Source of the DNA: a virus
Virus record (IMG/VR): IMGVR_UViG_3300023174_000056
Coordinates: 96,001-160,000 of that record
Length of the DNA stretch: 64,000 nucleotides
Direction: 5' to 3' (one strand)
Positions 42,618 to 52,762 of the stretch are shown in pieces. Positions within the stretch are counted from its first letter, which is position 1. Every line of letters begins with the position of its first letter. The notes beneath the pieces are model-generated. The model ran no database searches, was not told the DNA's origin, and saw only the letters and a list, made by a program, of their open reading frames with translations. Made by a program: the position numbers and the translations under genes.

Positions 42618-43298
42618 CTAATTTAAACTAGTATCTTTCGGAGTAGGAAAATTTATATCACTTCTACTAATTCCTTGAACTTCTGGTCTTCTATCTTTTG
42701 CTATTTCAAACAAAGTTCTACGGCTGCCAACACAATGTACAATACCAATTTTATCAGATAAGGCCGCTTCTAATACTTTAGGAGCTATAATATCGACATA
42801 ATCTTTTGAAGACCACTGATCAATAAAAGCTTTTTCATAAGGGAAAGTATGACCAAAAAAAGAAGTTCTAATAATTAAAGCATTATTATACATCCTTGCC
42901 GCTAGTTCGGCTGCACCTTTACTCTTGGCATAATTTGTTATTGGATTTATAGGATCAGCTATAGAATAGCTACCTTTTTCACCATCAAAAACATGATCTG
43001 TTGATATATGTACTAATTTTATATTTTGTTCTTCACAGCAAGCAACAATATTGCATGTCCCAATTATATTTACATTTATAGCAGGAATTGCATTTCCTTC
43101 AGTTTTTTTTACATCAGTGATGGCCGCAGAGTGAATTACTAAATCTGGTTTATGAGATCTAAAATACTCTCTCAAACAAACAAAATCTACTATATCTAAT
43201 TGTTTTGAATTTGGAGATAAAATTTCGTGTTTATCATTTATTAGTCTGATTAGCTCTTTACCTAAAGTGCCACCACCGCCAGTAATTAAAATTTTCAT
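42618..43298 (-). CDS. rmlD: dTDP-4-dehydrorhamnose reductase-like SDR
   Basis: ILITGGGGTLG, HSAAITDV, ISTDHVFDG, YAKSK. Confidence 0.8.
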   Translation of the reverse strand: MKILITGGGGTLGKELIRLINDKHEILSPNSKQLDIVDFVCLREYFRSHKPDLVIHSAAITDVKKTEGNAIPAINVNIIGTCNIVACCEEQNIKLVHISTDHVFDGEKGSYSIADPINPITNYAKSKGAAELAARMYNNALIIRTSFFGHTFPYEKAFIDQWSSKDYVDIIAPKVLEAALSDKIGIVHCVGSRRTLFEIAKDRRPEVQGISRSDINFPTPKDTSLN

Positions 43299-43300
43299 AT

Positions 43301-43960
43301 TTATTCTAACCTTGAGTAATAACTTCCTACTTCAAATTTCATACCTGTATTTATTGATGAATAAGAATTTGGCTTAAATTGTTCTTCTGGGATTACTCTA
43401 AAATCTATCGATACTCTTGTTTTATCAGTTTCATTCATCTTATTGCCGTGCTTGAGTAGACCTCCTCTAAAAACTAATACTTGTCCATATTTAAGATTAA
43501 CCGGCTTATAATCACCTAAGTTAGGTACACTCTCGACCCAAATAGTTGATGTTTCTTCTGCGTCTGTAAACGGAACCAAAAAATTAATTTCTTCTAAAGG
43601 GTGGTTGTAGTCGCTATCTTTATGAAACTCTCCAACACCAACGTTATTAGGCATATGTACTCTAAATGTTGGTTTTGTTTGATTAACAACCTTTGACTCT
43701 AAAACATCAGTACAAAATTCTTTAATAAAGCTTTCATATACTTCTTTAAACCCGCAATTATTGTAGTTTTCATAAAAAGCTTTATGAAACGCTGTACTTT
43801 GATCTTTATTTCTTTCTAATAAATAATAGTCAAATTTTTTATGTAAATTTTCTAAATCATCATCATTCAAACTTTTACAAATTGTTTTTCTAAAATCGTA
43901 TTTTGATGTATCGTAAGAAAATACATTAACTAATTTTAAATTTTTGTAACCCTTGAGCAT
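43301..43960 (-). CDS. StrG-like 2OG-Fe(II)/cupin-fold oxygenase
   Basis: PTFRVH, EFHKD..YNHP..EINF, LKHGN..N.T..TRVS.DFR (HxD...H...R). Confidence 0.65.
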   Translation of the reverse strand: MLKGYKNLKLVNVFSYDTSKYDFRKTICKSLNDDDLENLHKKFDYYLLERNKDQSTAFHKAFYENYNNCGFKEVYESFIKEFCTDVLESKVVNQTKPTFRVHMPNNVGVGEFHKDSDYNHPLEEINFLVPFTDAEETSTIWVESVPNLGDYKPVNLKYGQVLVFRGGLLKHGNKMNETDKTRVSIDFRVIPEEQFKPNSYSSINTGMKFEVGSYYSRLE

Positions 43961-44825
43961 ATTTTGGACTCCATCCAGTTATAGATTTTATTTTTTCGCT
44001 AGAAACTGCATATCTTATGTCCTGCCCCCAGCGATTCTCAACAAATTTTATGCCATCTTCATTTTTATTATACCAAGATAAAATTTCTTTTGCTACGTTT
44101 AAATTGGTTAAATAATTTTCTGCTGCGACGTTAAATATGTCATTTTTAATACCTTTTTCTATTAAAAGGATTAAAGCTTCAACGTTATCTTTAACGTAAG
44201 TCCAGTCTCTTACGTAGCTTCCATCACCATGTATCGGTATTTGTTTATTTTCTTTTATACATTGTATACATTTTGGAATTAATTTTTCTTCAAACTGTCT
44301 CTCACCGTAGTTATTGCTGCTTCTTGTAATTAAATAATCAATACCGTAAGTTCTATGGTATGAGAGAACTAGCATTTCCGCCGCTGCCTTTGTTGCAGAG
44401 TATGGATTACTTGGTTTTAATTTATCTTCCTCTGTGAATTTACCATTATTTCTGTCGCCATAAACTTCGTCTGTACTTATATGAAAAAACAATGGCCGAT
44501 CATAGGATGGTTTTCCTCTAATCAGCTCCAGAAGGTTATGAACTCCCAAAATATTACTTTTTACAAACACATCGGAACTTTTTATTGAATTATCGACATG
44601 GCTCTCAGCTGCAAAATTTACAATCACATCACACGAAGGAAGATGATCAATTTCACTTATATCGGCTTTAATAAATGTGTAATTTTTATCATTATCCCAA
44701 GGTAAGCTTTTGCTTGAAGCGTAAGTTAGTTTATCTATGTCAATAATAGACCAACCTTTTTTAAGAGTTTCCTCAACAAAATGACTGCCTATAAAACCTC
44801 TACCACCAGTAACTAAAATTTTCAT
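43926..44825 (-). CDS. rmlB: dTDP-glucose 4,6-dehydratase
   Basis: VTGG.GFIGS, DKLTYA, FAAESHVDNSI, ISTDEVYG, PYSATKA, NNYG..Q..EKLIP. Confidence 0.93.
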   Translation of the reverse strand: MKILVTGGRGFIGSHFVEETLKKGWSIIDIDKLTYASSKSLPWDNDKNYTFIKADISEIDHLPSCDVIVNFAAESHVDNSIKSSDVFVKSNILGVHNLLELIRGKPSYDRPLFFHISTDEVYGDRNNGKFTEEDKLKPSNPYSATKAAAEMLVLSYHRTYGIDYLITRSSNNYGERQFEEKLIPKCIQCIKENKQIPIHGDGSYVRDWTYVKDNVEALILLIEKGIKNDIFNVAAENYLTNLNVAKEILSWYNKNEDGIKFVENRWGQDIRYAVSSEKIKSITGWSPKYAQGLQKFKIS

Positions 44826-44834
44826 TTTTTCACC

Positions 44835-45365
44835 TTAAAATTTTGTATCTAAACAATATTGATCAAAAGATTTTGAATTTCTATCTTTATCCGACAAAAT
44901 TGCAGATAGTATATCAATCTTCCAATCAATGTTTAAATATTTATCAAGAGGATTAATGCCGGATTCCCCATCTTTATTATATTTGCAAGAGCATTTATAC
45001 TGAACATGCGCAGTATCCGTTAAAGCTACAAATCCATGAGCAAACCCTGCTGGCACAAACAACTGGTTGCATTCCTCAGAATCGAGTTCATAGGAATATG
45101 CTTGACCAAATTTTTTAGAATTTCTTCTTATGTCTACAACTACATCTAAAATTTTTCCATAAGAAACTCTTACTAATTTTGCCATTGGCTCATCCCATTG
45201 GTAATGAAGCCCACGTATTACATTTTTATGCGATATTGAATGATTATCTTGAACAAAATCAACATCTATATTATATTCTTTTTTCAAAAATTCTTTTTTG
45301 TAGCTTTCATAAAAAACGCCACGGTCGTCAGAAAATTTTTTAATCTTTATTAGTATCGGTTCCAT
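44835..45365 (-). CDS. rmlC: dTDP-4-dehydrorhamnose 3,5-epimerase
   Basis: DDRG.F.E, FVQDNHS.S...V.RGLHYQ, DVVVDIR, VPAGFAHGF. Confidence 0.93.
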   Translation of the reverse strand: MEPILIKIKKFSDDRGVFYESYKKEFLKKEYNIDVDFVQDNHSISHKNVIRGLHYQWDEPMAKLVRVSYGKILDVVVDIRRNSKKFGQAYSYELDSEECNQLFVPAGFAHGFVALTDTAHVQYKCSCKYNKDGESGINPLDKYLNIDWKIDILSAILSDKDRNSKSFDQYCLDTKF

Positions 45366-45368
45366 AAT

Positions 45369-46403
45369 TTATCCAAATTTTTGTATATATTTTGTATAAT
45401 TTACATAATTCCAAATCTTAGCAAAAAGAATATGGTCAGACCTAAATTGATTATCAATTTTATTTTCATTTGTTGAAACTGACTCATCGTGGTACAGATA
45501 GCAATCTTTGCCAAAATAAAACACTTTTTTGTCTTGCGATACAGCCATTAAACAAATATCAACATCTTGAAATATCTTTGACATGCTTGGATTTAGACCG
45601 CCGCAATCTATAAACCATTTTAAATTTATAATCTGAAAGGCACCAGTAACAAATTGCTCTAATTTATCAGAAGATACTAAATAATAGTCTTTTTCTTTAA
45701 ACCTACAAAAATGATTTGGAAAATAGCTTTTTAATTGAGGATTAAAAGTAAAAACAGAGCCTCCAAATTGGATCGTACCTCTATAAGAGTCTTTTTTACC
45801 TGGAAAGGCGGACATAATATTCTCCGACACATCTTTATTATTCCAAGAAAACGTGGGATATAAAAGCTTTGTACCAGATATTGTAGAGTCATTTTCCTTA
45901 TGAAGTTTTAGCAGTTTTGGAACCATATGCTCGTCTGGAACCCACAAATCGCTATTCCATAAAATTATTTCTTCAACCCCTGCATCATAAGCGATCTTAG
46001 CCGCTATGTTGTTTATGGAAGAAAAGTTAAAACTTCTTTCATAATCAATTCTTAAATAATTTACTGGGAAACCACTACAGATTTTTTTAATATCATTCGT
46101 AGATCTATCATCTACTATTATAAAATCAATATAATCAAATACCTTAAAATTTAAAAGATTATTAAGAGTAAATAATAAAAGTTCTGTATTATCTTTAATG
46201 GGTAAAATACCTACTGGTTTCCCAGTAGTAAATTTTATTTTCTCTTCGTATCTACATTTATATTCTATTTTTTTAATATCAAAAATAGAATTATCTAATG
46301 CAAAATTTTTTGATATAACTTCGTCTTGAATAAAAGAAAAATTTGTCTTTTCTTTTATTGTTTGATCAAATAAAGAACATTTATAATATGATTGTTGTCT
46401 CAT
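45369..46403 (-). CDS. Glycosyltransferase family 2
   Basis: IVDDRS, FNFSSINN, LWNSD, G.KLLYP, VTGAF, QDVDICL, YHDES. Confidence 0.8.
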   Translation of the reverse strand: MRQQSYYKCSLFDQTIKEKTNFSFIQDEVISKNFALDNSIFDIKKIEYKCRYEEKIKFTTGKPVGILPIKDNTELLLFTLNNLLNFKVFDYIDFIIVDDRSTNDIKKICSGFPVNYLRIDYERSFNFSSINNIAAKIAYDAGVEEIILWNSDLWVPDEHMVPKLLKLHKENDSTISGTKLLYPTFSWNNKDVSENIMSAFPGKKDSYRGTIQFGGSVFTFNPQLKSYFPNHFCRFKEKDYYLVSSDKLEQFVTGAFQIINLKWFIDCGGLNPSMSKIFQDVDICLMAVSQDKKVFYFGKDCYLYHDESVSTNENKIDNQFRSDHILFAKIWNYVNYTKYIQKFG

Positions 46404-47592
46404 CTTTAACTTCCAATGTATTTATAAATTTAGCATACATGTTCTCTTCTGTAAACTCTTGACGAATCCATTTACTTAATTTCTTTGCCCAACTCTTAAA
46501 ACGTGGATAATCTTTGTATACTTCTCTCATCTTATTTTTTAAAGAAGAGTGTGTTGGATATGCCCAGCTTGTTCCTGCCTCAAGAACACCCTGCCAAGTA
46601 TGTTCTTGAGCAATAGGTTTTAATTCATAATCAACTTTGGCAAACATCTTTTTTTCATCGCCATTTTCGTCTTTCATGACCAGAAAGTCTAAATGTCCAC
46701 TCCAATCTGTTGCAATCACTGGGAGTTCATTATAGCTTGCTTCAAATAATGGGAACCCAAAACCCTCTCCGTGAGTAGAAGAAACAATTGCTTTAATTTT
46801 TGGGTGCTTATAAAGCGAATTAATTTCTTGTTCGCTCATGTGACCATGCAATAAATAAACAGAACATTTAGTGTTATCATCTTTTGCAATAAGATGCTTT
46901 AATCTTTCCTCTGTAAACTCCTTGTCAAGTAATGAATCATTGGACGTGTTAATTTTTAACACTAATCCGACCTCTTCATTTTTAAATTCTTCCATGAAAG
47001 CTTTAACTGCTTGTTCTAAATTTTTTCTTGGACCCCATTGACAGACTGCCAAAAAATTAAAATCATGTTTTAAACTAAGCGGTACATCAGTTGTTTCATA
47101 AGAGCGTACTGGAAAGTGACAAACATCTACTGGTCTTGCAACTTTATATGAATTTCCATTACCATCCGAGAATACGGAATTTAAAAAACCAGATTTTGCA
47201 TGTTCGCTAATTACAATAATTTTATCCATTTGTTGCGATGGTTGAAACCATGCTGGTGAAATTAAGTTTGTTTCAATTCCTGCTGTGTAGCCAATATTAT
47301 AAGCAGCAATTTTTTTCCATTCATTTGGAATTGTTACTTGAATTGAAATATCAAAATTTGGTTGATTTTTTGTCTGTTGAAGATATAGTTGTGTTTTTAC
47401 TGCTAAAGTATCGATATTTTTCTTTTCTTCATTTACTTCAAACAAATTTCCAGTATTCCCCCAGCTCGAAGGTAATAGATAAATGTCGAATAAATCTTGT
47501 TTTTGCAAAAGCGCTCGTAAAGCAAAACGAGCCATTTCGCCATATCCACTTCGACTTAAAATTGGACCACTAATAACGATTTTCTTTTTCAT
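46381..47592 (-). CDS. Glycosyltransferase family 4 (GT-B)
   Basis: SGYG..AR, RKNL, HGEGFGFPLFEA...LPVIAT.WSG..DF. Confidence 0.85.
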   Translation of the reverse strand: MKKKIVISGPILSRSGYGEMARFALRALLQKQDLFDIYLLPSSWGNTGNLFEVNEEKKNIDTLAVKTQLYLQQTKNQPNFDISIQVTIPNEWKKIAAYNIGYTAGIETNLISPAWFQPSQQMDKIIVISEHAKSGFLNSVFSDGNGNSYKVARPVDVCHFPVRSYETTDVPLSLKHDFNFLAVCQWGPRKNLEQAVKAFMEEFKNEEVGLVLKINTSNDSLLDKEFTEERLKHLIAKDDNTKCSVYLLHGHMSEQEINSLYKHPKIKAIVSSTHGEGFGFPLFEASYNELPVIATDWSGHLDFLVMKDENGDEKKMFAKVDYELKPIAQEHTWQGVLEAGTSWAYPTHSSLKNKMREVYKDYPRFKSWAKKLSKWIRQEFTEENMYAKFINTLEVKDETTIIL

Positions 47593-47593
47593 C

Positions 47594-48838
47594 TTATATT
47601 TCCTTTAATGACCATGATTGGTAATTTTTACGTGTTTCCCAAGAACCATTTTTTTCATGAACTTCTTTTAGGATTCTATCCCAGCTCTTTCCATATTGTT
47701 CAAAATTAAAATTCTTTTGAACATGCTCAACGGCTTTTTTACCAATAGTCTTTCTTTCTTCTCTGGTCATGTTGTGAATCTTTACCATAGCTTCTACAAC
47801 ATCGTCGCCAGATACACGATCCTCATAAATATATGGAACATCCTGTGAACCGATTACTGCTTTTGAAGCCGGGTCGATCACTACTCCAAAATGGGTTCCA
47901 TCTTCACCAATTGCTTGATCTTGCATACCACCAGTTTTATTTACAATAACTGGGGTTCCACAGGACAATGATTCCAGAACAGAAAGACCAAATCCTTCGG
48001 CATCAGATAAATTGATAGTGCAGTCAGCTGCGTTATAAAATTGCGCCATGACAGTTGGAGGCACTTTGCCATTTGAAATAGCAAAATTCTCTCTAGTCAA
48101 TCCACACTCTCTTGCAATCACTTCTAGATCTTGTCCGTGCGGATCTTTTGGATCAGTGTGCATCATTAAAAATGCTTTGTCGTGTCCAACACGGTCTAGA
48201 AATTGTTTATACCACCAAATAACTGAACCGCTCATCTTGCGGCGGGCGTTTCGATTTGTCCAGAAGAAAAAAGTTCTATCTTTTTGAACAAAATTGGCAT
48301 AATCTTTTTCTGGTAGTTGCTTAAACCATTCTGGGTTTACTGCGTGTGGTAAATACTCTTCATCTACTTCTGGCGCTACTGTTTTAACGATGTCGCTAGT
48401 TAACTTACTAATCGTAACAATTTTATCATTTGATACATAAAACTTCTTATTAAATTTTGGATATGGATAGTTATCCCAAACATGGTAATACACCATCGGT
48501 ACATTTGGTCTAATTTCTTGAGCAAAGCTCCATAACCAAACCCAAAAACGTGGATCTGTCATAAACCAAAGAATATCTGGTTTGAAGTCTCTCAGATACG
48601 CTCTAATTTGATCTTGATTACCATAGCCATCAACAGGTATAATGATTAGATCGTCTCCCCATTCTTGGGTTTTGACTGGTCTATAATCTTGGTGTTTAAT
48701 TGCTCCACCTAAACACAAAAACTGATAATCTCCAGTTTTTAATAAACTTTCAATCATATATTTAGTTTGAGTTCCAACACCGCTTGGACTAAACGGATGG
48801 TCGCTCAAAACAAGAACTTTTAATTTTTTATCTGACAT
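47594..48838 (-). CDS. Glycosyltransferase family 4 (GT-B)
   Basis: SDHP..PSGVG, NRNARRK, EGFGLS.LESL.CGTPVI...TGG. Confidence 0.88.
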   Translation of the reverse strand: MSDKKLKVLVLSDHPFSPSGVGTQTKYMIESLLKTGDYQFLCLGGAIKHQDYRPVKTQEWGDDLIIIPVDGYGNQDQIRAYLRDFKPDILWFMTDPRFWVWLWSFAQEIRPNVPMVYYHVWDNYPYPKFNKKFYVSNDKIVTISKLTSDIVKTVAPEVDEEYLPHAVNPEWFKQLPEKDYANFVQKDRTFFFWTNRNARRKMSGSVIWWYKQFLDRVGHDKAFLMMHTDPKDPHGQDLEVIARECGLTRENFAISNGKVPPTVMAQFYNAADCTINLSDAEGFGLSVLESLSCGTPVIVNKTGGMQDQAIGEDGTHFGVVIDPASKAVIGSQDVPYIYEDRVSGDDVVEAMVKIHNMTREERKTIGKKAVEHVQKNFNFEQYGKSWDRILKEVHEKNGSWETRKNYQSWSLKEI

Positions 48839-49808
48839 TTTGTTTTTCCTTTTCTAAATCAGAATTATACATAATTTTTGCTAATTCTTTCAGATCAATT
48901 TTTGGACTCCATCCAAGTACATTTTTAGCCTTTTCAGCATTTGCTTGTAATAAGGGTACTTCGCTTGGACGCTTAAAACTATCGTCTATGATTACGTAAT
49001 CCATTATATTATAACCAGCAATTTCAGAAACGCAAGTTATAAAATCACTAATTGTGTAAGTTTGACCTGTTCCAATAACATAATCATCTGGTGTATGGTG
49101 TTGCATCATCATCCACATAACTTCAACATACTCTTTTGCATAGCCCCAATCACGTTTTGCATCTAAGTTTCCTAGACGCAGCTCTTTTTGAAGGCCCAAT
49201 CTAATTCTTGCAGCGGCTTTAGTGATTTTTCTTGTGACAAACTGCTCTCCACGACGTTCACTTTCATGATTAAAAAGTATTCCAGAACAAGTAAAAAGAC
49301 CATAAGCTTTACGGTAGTTAACAACAAGATTATGTGCTGCAACTTTGGCGCAAGCATATGGAGAAACTGGCGAAAATATTGTTTGTTCGTTCTGTGGAGC
49401 GCTTTTATTATCTCCAAACATTTCAGATGTTGAAGCTTGATAAAATTTAGTTTCTGGATTTACTACTCTTATGGCTTCAAGACAATTAAGAACACCCGTT
49501 GCATTAATTTGAAAAGTACTTTCTGGACTTGTGAACGAAGCACCGACATGAGACTGTGCTGCTAAATTATAGAATTCGTCTGGTTTGTGATTTTTTACTG
49601 TTCTCCAGATCGATGAGGAATCAGTTAAATCACCATTTTCTAAAATTAAATTTTTATTTTCTAGCAAATGTTGTATATTGTGAAATTTTTTATCTTCAAG
49701 AGATATTCTTCTAGTAAGTCCAACTACTTTATAATCTTTTTTTAAGAGATGCTCGGCTAAAAAACTTCCATCTTGTCCAGTAATACCAGTTATTACAGCG
49801 GTTTTCAT
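48828..49808 (-). CDS. gmd: GDP-mannose 4,6-dehydratase
   Basis: ITGITGQDGSFLAE.LL, YNLAAQSHV..SF, YQASTSEMFG, SPYA.AK, GILFNHES.RRG..FVTRKIT, GNLDAKRDWG. Confidence 0.95.
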   Translation of the reverse strand: MKTAVITGITGQDGSFLAEHLLKKDYKVVGLTRRISLEDKKFHNIQHLLENKNLILENGDLTDSSSIWRTVKNHKPDEFYNLAAQSHVGASFTSPESTFQINATGVLNCLEAIRVVNPETKFYQASTSEMFGDNKSAPQNEQTIFSPVSPYACAKVAAHNLVVNYRKAYGLFTCSGILFNHESERRGEQFVTRKITKAAARIRLGLQKELRLGNLDAKRDWGYAKEYVEVMWMMMQHHTPDDYVIGTGQTYTISDFITCVSEIAGYNIMDYVIIDDSFKRPSEVPLLQANAEKAKNVLGWSPKIDLKELAKIMYNSDLEKEKQNVR

Positions 49809-49963
49809 TCAGTCTCCCTAGAACTTATGAATACTTTTTTCATAAAGTATTTTTGACTTAGATAATTTATCAAATCATTAATTTGATTTTCACAAGAAAT
49901 GATCTCAAGATGAAGGTCACAGTCCTTATCATCCAGAATTATTGATACTATTCGTTTTTTCAT
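49805..49963 (-). CDS. 52-aa hypothetical protein (below the ORF-track cutoff)
   Basis: MKKRIVSIILDDKDCDLHLE...SSRETE*. ATGA overlaps with both flanking genes. Confidence 0.6.
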   Translation of the reverse strand: MKKRIVSIILDDKDCDLHLEIISCENQINDLINYLSQKYFMKKVFISSRETE

Positions 49964-50733
49964 GGGCAATGCTCTGTTTTCTTAAATTCACAATAAGTGC
50001 AGCTCATGCGATTTTTTGGAAAGTTCTTTTTTTCAATATTATAAATTGCCTTTTTTAATAAGTTAAATGCATTTTGTGTTTTTCTTGGACCACTTGTTAC
50101 ACGAAAAATTTCAACATGATCTTTTTTTGCTGTTCTTTTCAATAGAGCAAAATAAGTTTCAATGTTTTTTGGATCAATCCCGTGTTTTTGTGAATAAAAA
50201 TGCTTATAAAATGTTAACTGATAAGTTACCATTGGATCACTTTTTTTCTTTTGATCCCATCCCCAAGCACAGCTTTTCCAGTCGATGATATGTATCATAC
50301 CGTCTTCTGTTTGAATAATTAAATCGATGAAGCCTTTAAAAGAAGTTTGGCATTCCGGAATTTCTCTAATCGTTTCATAGATATCTTCTTCGGCGGCAAG
50401 AACTTTAAAAGTTCCAAATTGTTTTTGTAAGGCTGGTACAATTTTAGGTGCAAGCATCTCTCCTTGCAAGTACATTTCAGAAATTAATTTTTCATCAACT
50501 TTAGAATTATTCTCTCTAAGCAGCTTTACTTCGCTATCAAATTTATTTCTAAACGCTTCTACTTCATTTATGCTTGTGTCTTGAACTTTTAACTCAGCAG
50601 CTTCGTGAAGTGCAGTACCAAATGAAGTATATTCAGTGGAATTAAATTGCTTAATTCTATCTTCATAGGATAGTTTATACTTAAATGGACACTCTTGAAA
50701 TGTTTTTAACGCAGAAAAAGAAATATGTGACAT
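49960..50733 (-). CDS. Cas4/RecB-like PD-(D/E)XK exonuclease with a predicted Fe-S cluster
   Basis: ISFS.L..F.ECP, FGTALH, GFIDL, IDWKS, QL..Y, C-terminal CTYC...C (1+3 Cys). Confidence 0.85.
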   Translation of the reverse strand: MSHISFSALKTFQECPFKYKLSYEDRIKQFNSTEYTSFGTALHEAAELKVQDTSINEVEAFRNKFDSEVKLLRENNSKVDEKLISEMYLQGEMLAPKIVPALQKQFGTFKVLAAEEDIYETIREIPECQTSFKGFIDLIIQTEDGMIHIIDWKSCAWGWDQKKKSDPMVTYQLTFYKHFYSQKHGIDPKNIETYFALLKRTAKKDHVEIFRVTSGPRKTQNAFNLLKKAIYNIEKKNFPKNRMSCTYCEFKKTEHCP

Positions 50734-50753
50734 AATTTTACCCTCTACAGAAG

Positions 50754-50782
50754 ATTATAAGGGAAAATTATTTGCTTGTCAA
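50754..50782 (-). promoter_or_regulatory. Consensus sigma70 promoter for the nuclease plus sugar operon
   Basis: TTGACA-17 bp-TATAAT, a perfect consensus, 20 nt upstream of the ATG at 50733. Confidence 0.85.
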
Positions 50783-51448
50783 GAGAAGAATTTTTTTATA
50801 TAATTTTGGCGATATTTTCTCAAGATACTGTGAGTCTTTTAAGAAGTAGTGTTCAAAGCCATTAGCAAAATATTCTCTTAAAGACGTAGCGCCATAAGGT
50901 GAAATAAATATACCAACACAAAGTTGATTTAATAAATCATATCCAACGTCTTGGTATAAAAACTTGTCAAACTCAGGGCTAAACTCTTGTCTTAAAAATA
51001 TCGCTGTATCTTTGATCGATACATTGTTTGTTTTTAACACTTCTCTTAGTTTTTTTCTTTTACTTATGAACTCTACTGCGACTGTATCATCGCCATAAAT
51101 AAAATCTCCATAAGTTAATTCGACAGAATGTGCTAATTCATGTATTATTGAAGCAAAAAGTTCTTCTTCGCTTTCAATGCGGTTTGTTATATAAATCGCT
51201 CCACGAAAATAAACTGATTCGACTTCTCGCACCTTTAACTCTGGAAATTCTCCAACATAAATCCAATCTAATTCTTTAAACAAACGCCTTGGAATTGTTT
51301 TTTCAATTCTTTTTTTAACATTATCTATATTTATCGCTTCTGGTAATTTGTCCTGCACAAGCAACAAAGTATTACCATGTATGAAATACTCTTTTTTAAG
51401 TTCTTTAGATTTTTTATGTGATTTAATCACTGTGCTTATGTCTGCCAT
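50768..51448 (-). CDS. Putative zinc metalloprotease-like protein
   Basis: IHELAH (HExxH) plus a downstream Y...S.REYFA. Confidence 0.55.
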   Translation of the reverse strand: MADISTVIKSHKKSKELKKEYFIHGNTLLLVQDKLPEAINIDNVKKRIEKTIPRRLFKELDWIYVGEFPELKVREVESVYFRGAIYITNRIESEEELFASIIHELAHSVELTYGDFIYGDDTVAVEFISKRKKLREVLKTNNVSIKDTAIFLRQEFSPEFDKFLYQDVGYDLLNQLCVGIFISPYGATSLREYFANGFEHYFLKDSQYLEKISPKLYKKILLLTSK

Positions 51449-51451
51449 TTT

Positions 51452-52762
51452 TTATAATACTTGTGCTGCCAAAGTTGCAACTGCTGAACGCTCGCCCTTT
51501 TGCAAGGAAATATGACCAGCTAATTCAAATGGTTTAAACTTTTCTACTGCGTAAGTTAGGCCGTTGTTTGTTGCGTCTAGAAATGCACTATCAATTTGTT
51601 CAATATCGCCAGTCAATACAATTTTTGTGTCTTCACCGACTCTTGTAATTATAGTTTTTAACTCATGCATGGTTAAATTTTGCGCTTCGTCTATGATTAT
51701 AAATGCTTTTGAGATTGAACGTCCACGGATAAATGTAAGAGCCTCAATTTCAATTGTGCCTTGCTCTTGTAGCATCTTCATATGCTCTTTATCATCACCC
51801 ATTAAAAATTCTAGATTGTCTTGGATTGGAGCAATCCAAGGCATCATTTTTTCTTCTAGAGTGCCAGGAAGAAAACCAATATCTCTACCCATCGGTTGGA
51901 CTGGGCGGCTTACGATTAGTTTCTTATAGGTGCCGTCGTCAAGAATTTGCTTCAGACCAGCCGCCAATGCAATGAGAGTTTTCCCACATCCAGCCTTGCC
52001 AACTAGTGAAACGATCTTAACATCTTGATCCATAAGCAAATCTAGAGCAAATTGCTGTTCTTTATTTTTGGCTCTTACGTCCCAAATGCCTTCTTTATAA
52101 TCACGAACTTTTGATAATGGATGATTATAGTTCTTAAACTTAGCAAGTGCAGTCTTTTTTTCATTTGCATTTGAAACAAGCATTACATACTGATTTGGAA
52201 ATAATTTAATGTCCTTTTCTTCAAGAAACATTTTTTCTCCACCATAAAAACGATCTATCATCGCATCATCAACTAAATGATGGATAAAACCAGTATAAAC
52301 TTCTTCTGCTTTTTCAACAATTTGGTTGGTTGTATAGTCTTCCGCTTTGATACCAAGAGCATCCGCCTTGACACGAACATTAATATCTTGTGATACAAGA
52401 ATTACTGTATCTTGAAGATTATTAGAAGCACAATTTAATACAGTAGCAAGGATTTGATTATCTGGGTCTTCCATGCTCATATCTGCTGGTAGCATGGCAT
52501 TACCATAACCACGAACAGTCAACACTCCCTTGCGGCCACCAAGTTTTGCACCTTCGACCAAGGAACCCTTTTCTCTTAGTTTATCTAGTTCACGGATAAC
52601 TTGTCGAGCGTTCGCTCCTACTCCGTCTTGACGTTTTTTATGCTTATCAATCTCCTCTAAGACTTTTAGAGGAATCACAAGATCGTTTGCTTTAAAAGCA
52701 TAAAGTGCGTTAAAATCGCTAAGTAGAACATTTGTATCTAGAACATAGATTTTTTTTGACAT
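51452..52762 (-). CDS. phoH: PIN-domain PhoH-family ATPase (PhoH2/YlaK type)
   Basis: VLDTNVLL PIN motif, GKAGCGKT Walker A, GFLPG..EEK, RGRS, IDEAQN, GDIEQID. Confidence 0.92.
   Translation of the reverse strand: MSKKIYVLDTNVLLSDFNALYAFKANDLVIPLKVLEEIDKHKKRQDGVGANARQVIRELDKLREKGSLVEGAKLGGRKGVLTVRGYGNAMLPADMSMEDPDNQILATVLNCASNNLQDTVILVSQDINVRVKADALGIKAEDYTTNQIVEKAEEVYTGFIHHLVDDAMIDRFYGGEKMFLEEKDIKLFPNQYVMLVSNANEKKTALAKFKNYNHPLSKVRDYKEGIWDVRAKNKEQQFALDLLMDQDVKIVSLVGKAGCGKTLIALAAGLKQILDDGTYKKLIVSRPVQPMGRDIGFLPGTLEEKMMPWIAPIQDNLEFLMGDDKEHMKMLQEQGTIEIEALTFIRGRSISKAFIIIDEAQNLTMHELKTIITRVGEDTKIVLTGDIEQIDSAFLDATNNGLTYAVEKFKPFELAGHISLQKGERSAVATLAAQVL

Noticed and set aside
39248-49808. Bacterial O-antigen/capsule locus (host chromosome or prophage boundary)
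   Set aside because: No wzx/wzy/wzm/wzt or initiating transferase. The genes are seamlessly coupled to phage genes with the same strand and composition, and no integrase or att site is seen.
49960-50733. CRISPR-Cas locus suggested by the Cas4-like protein
   Set aside because: No repeat-spacer array and no other cas genes in the window. Stand-alone Cas4-like nucleases are common in phages.
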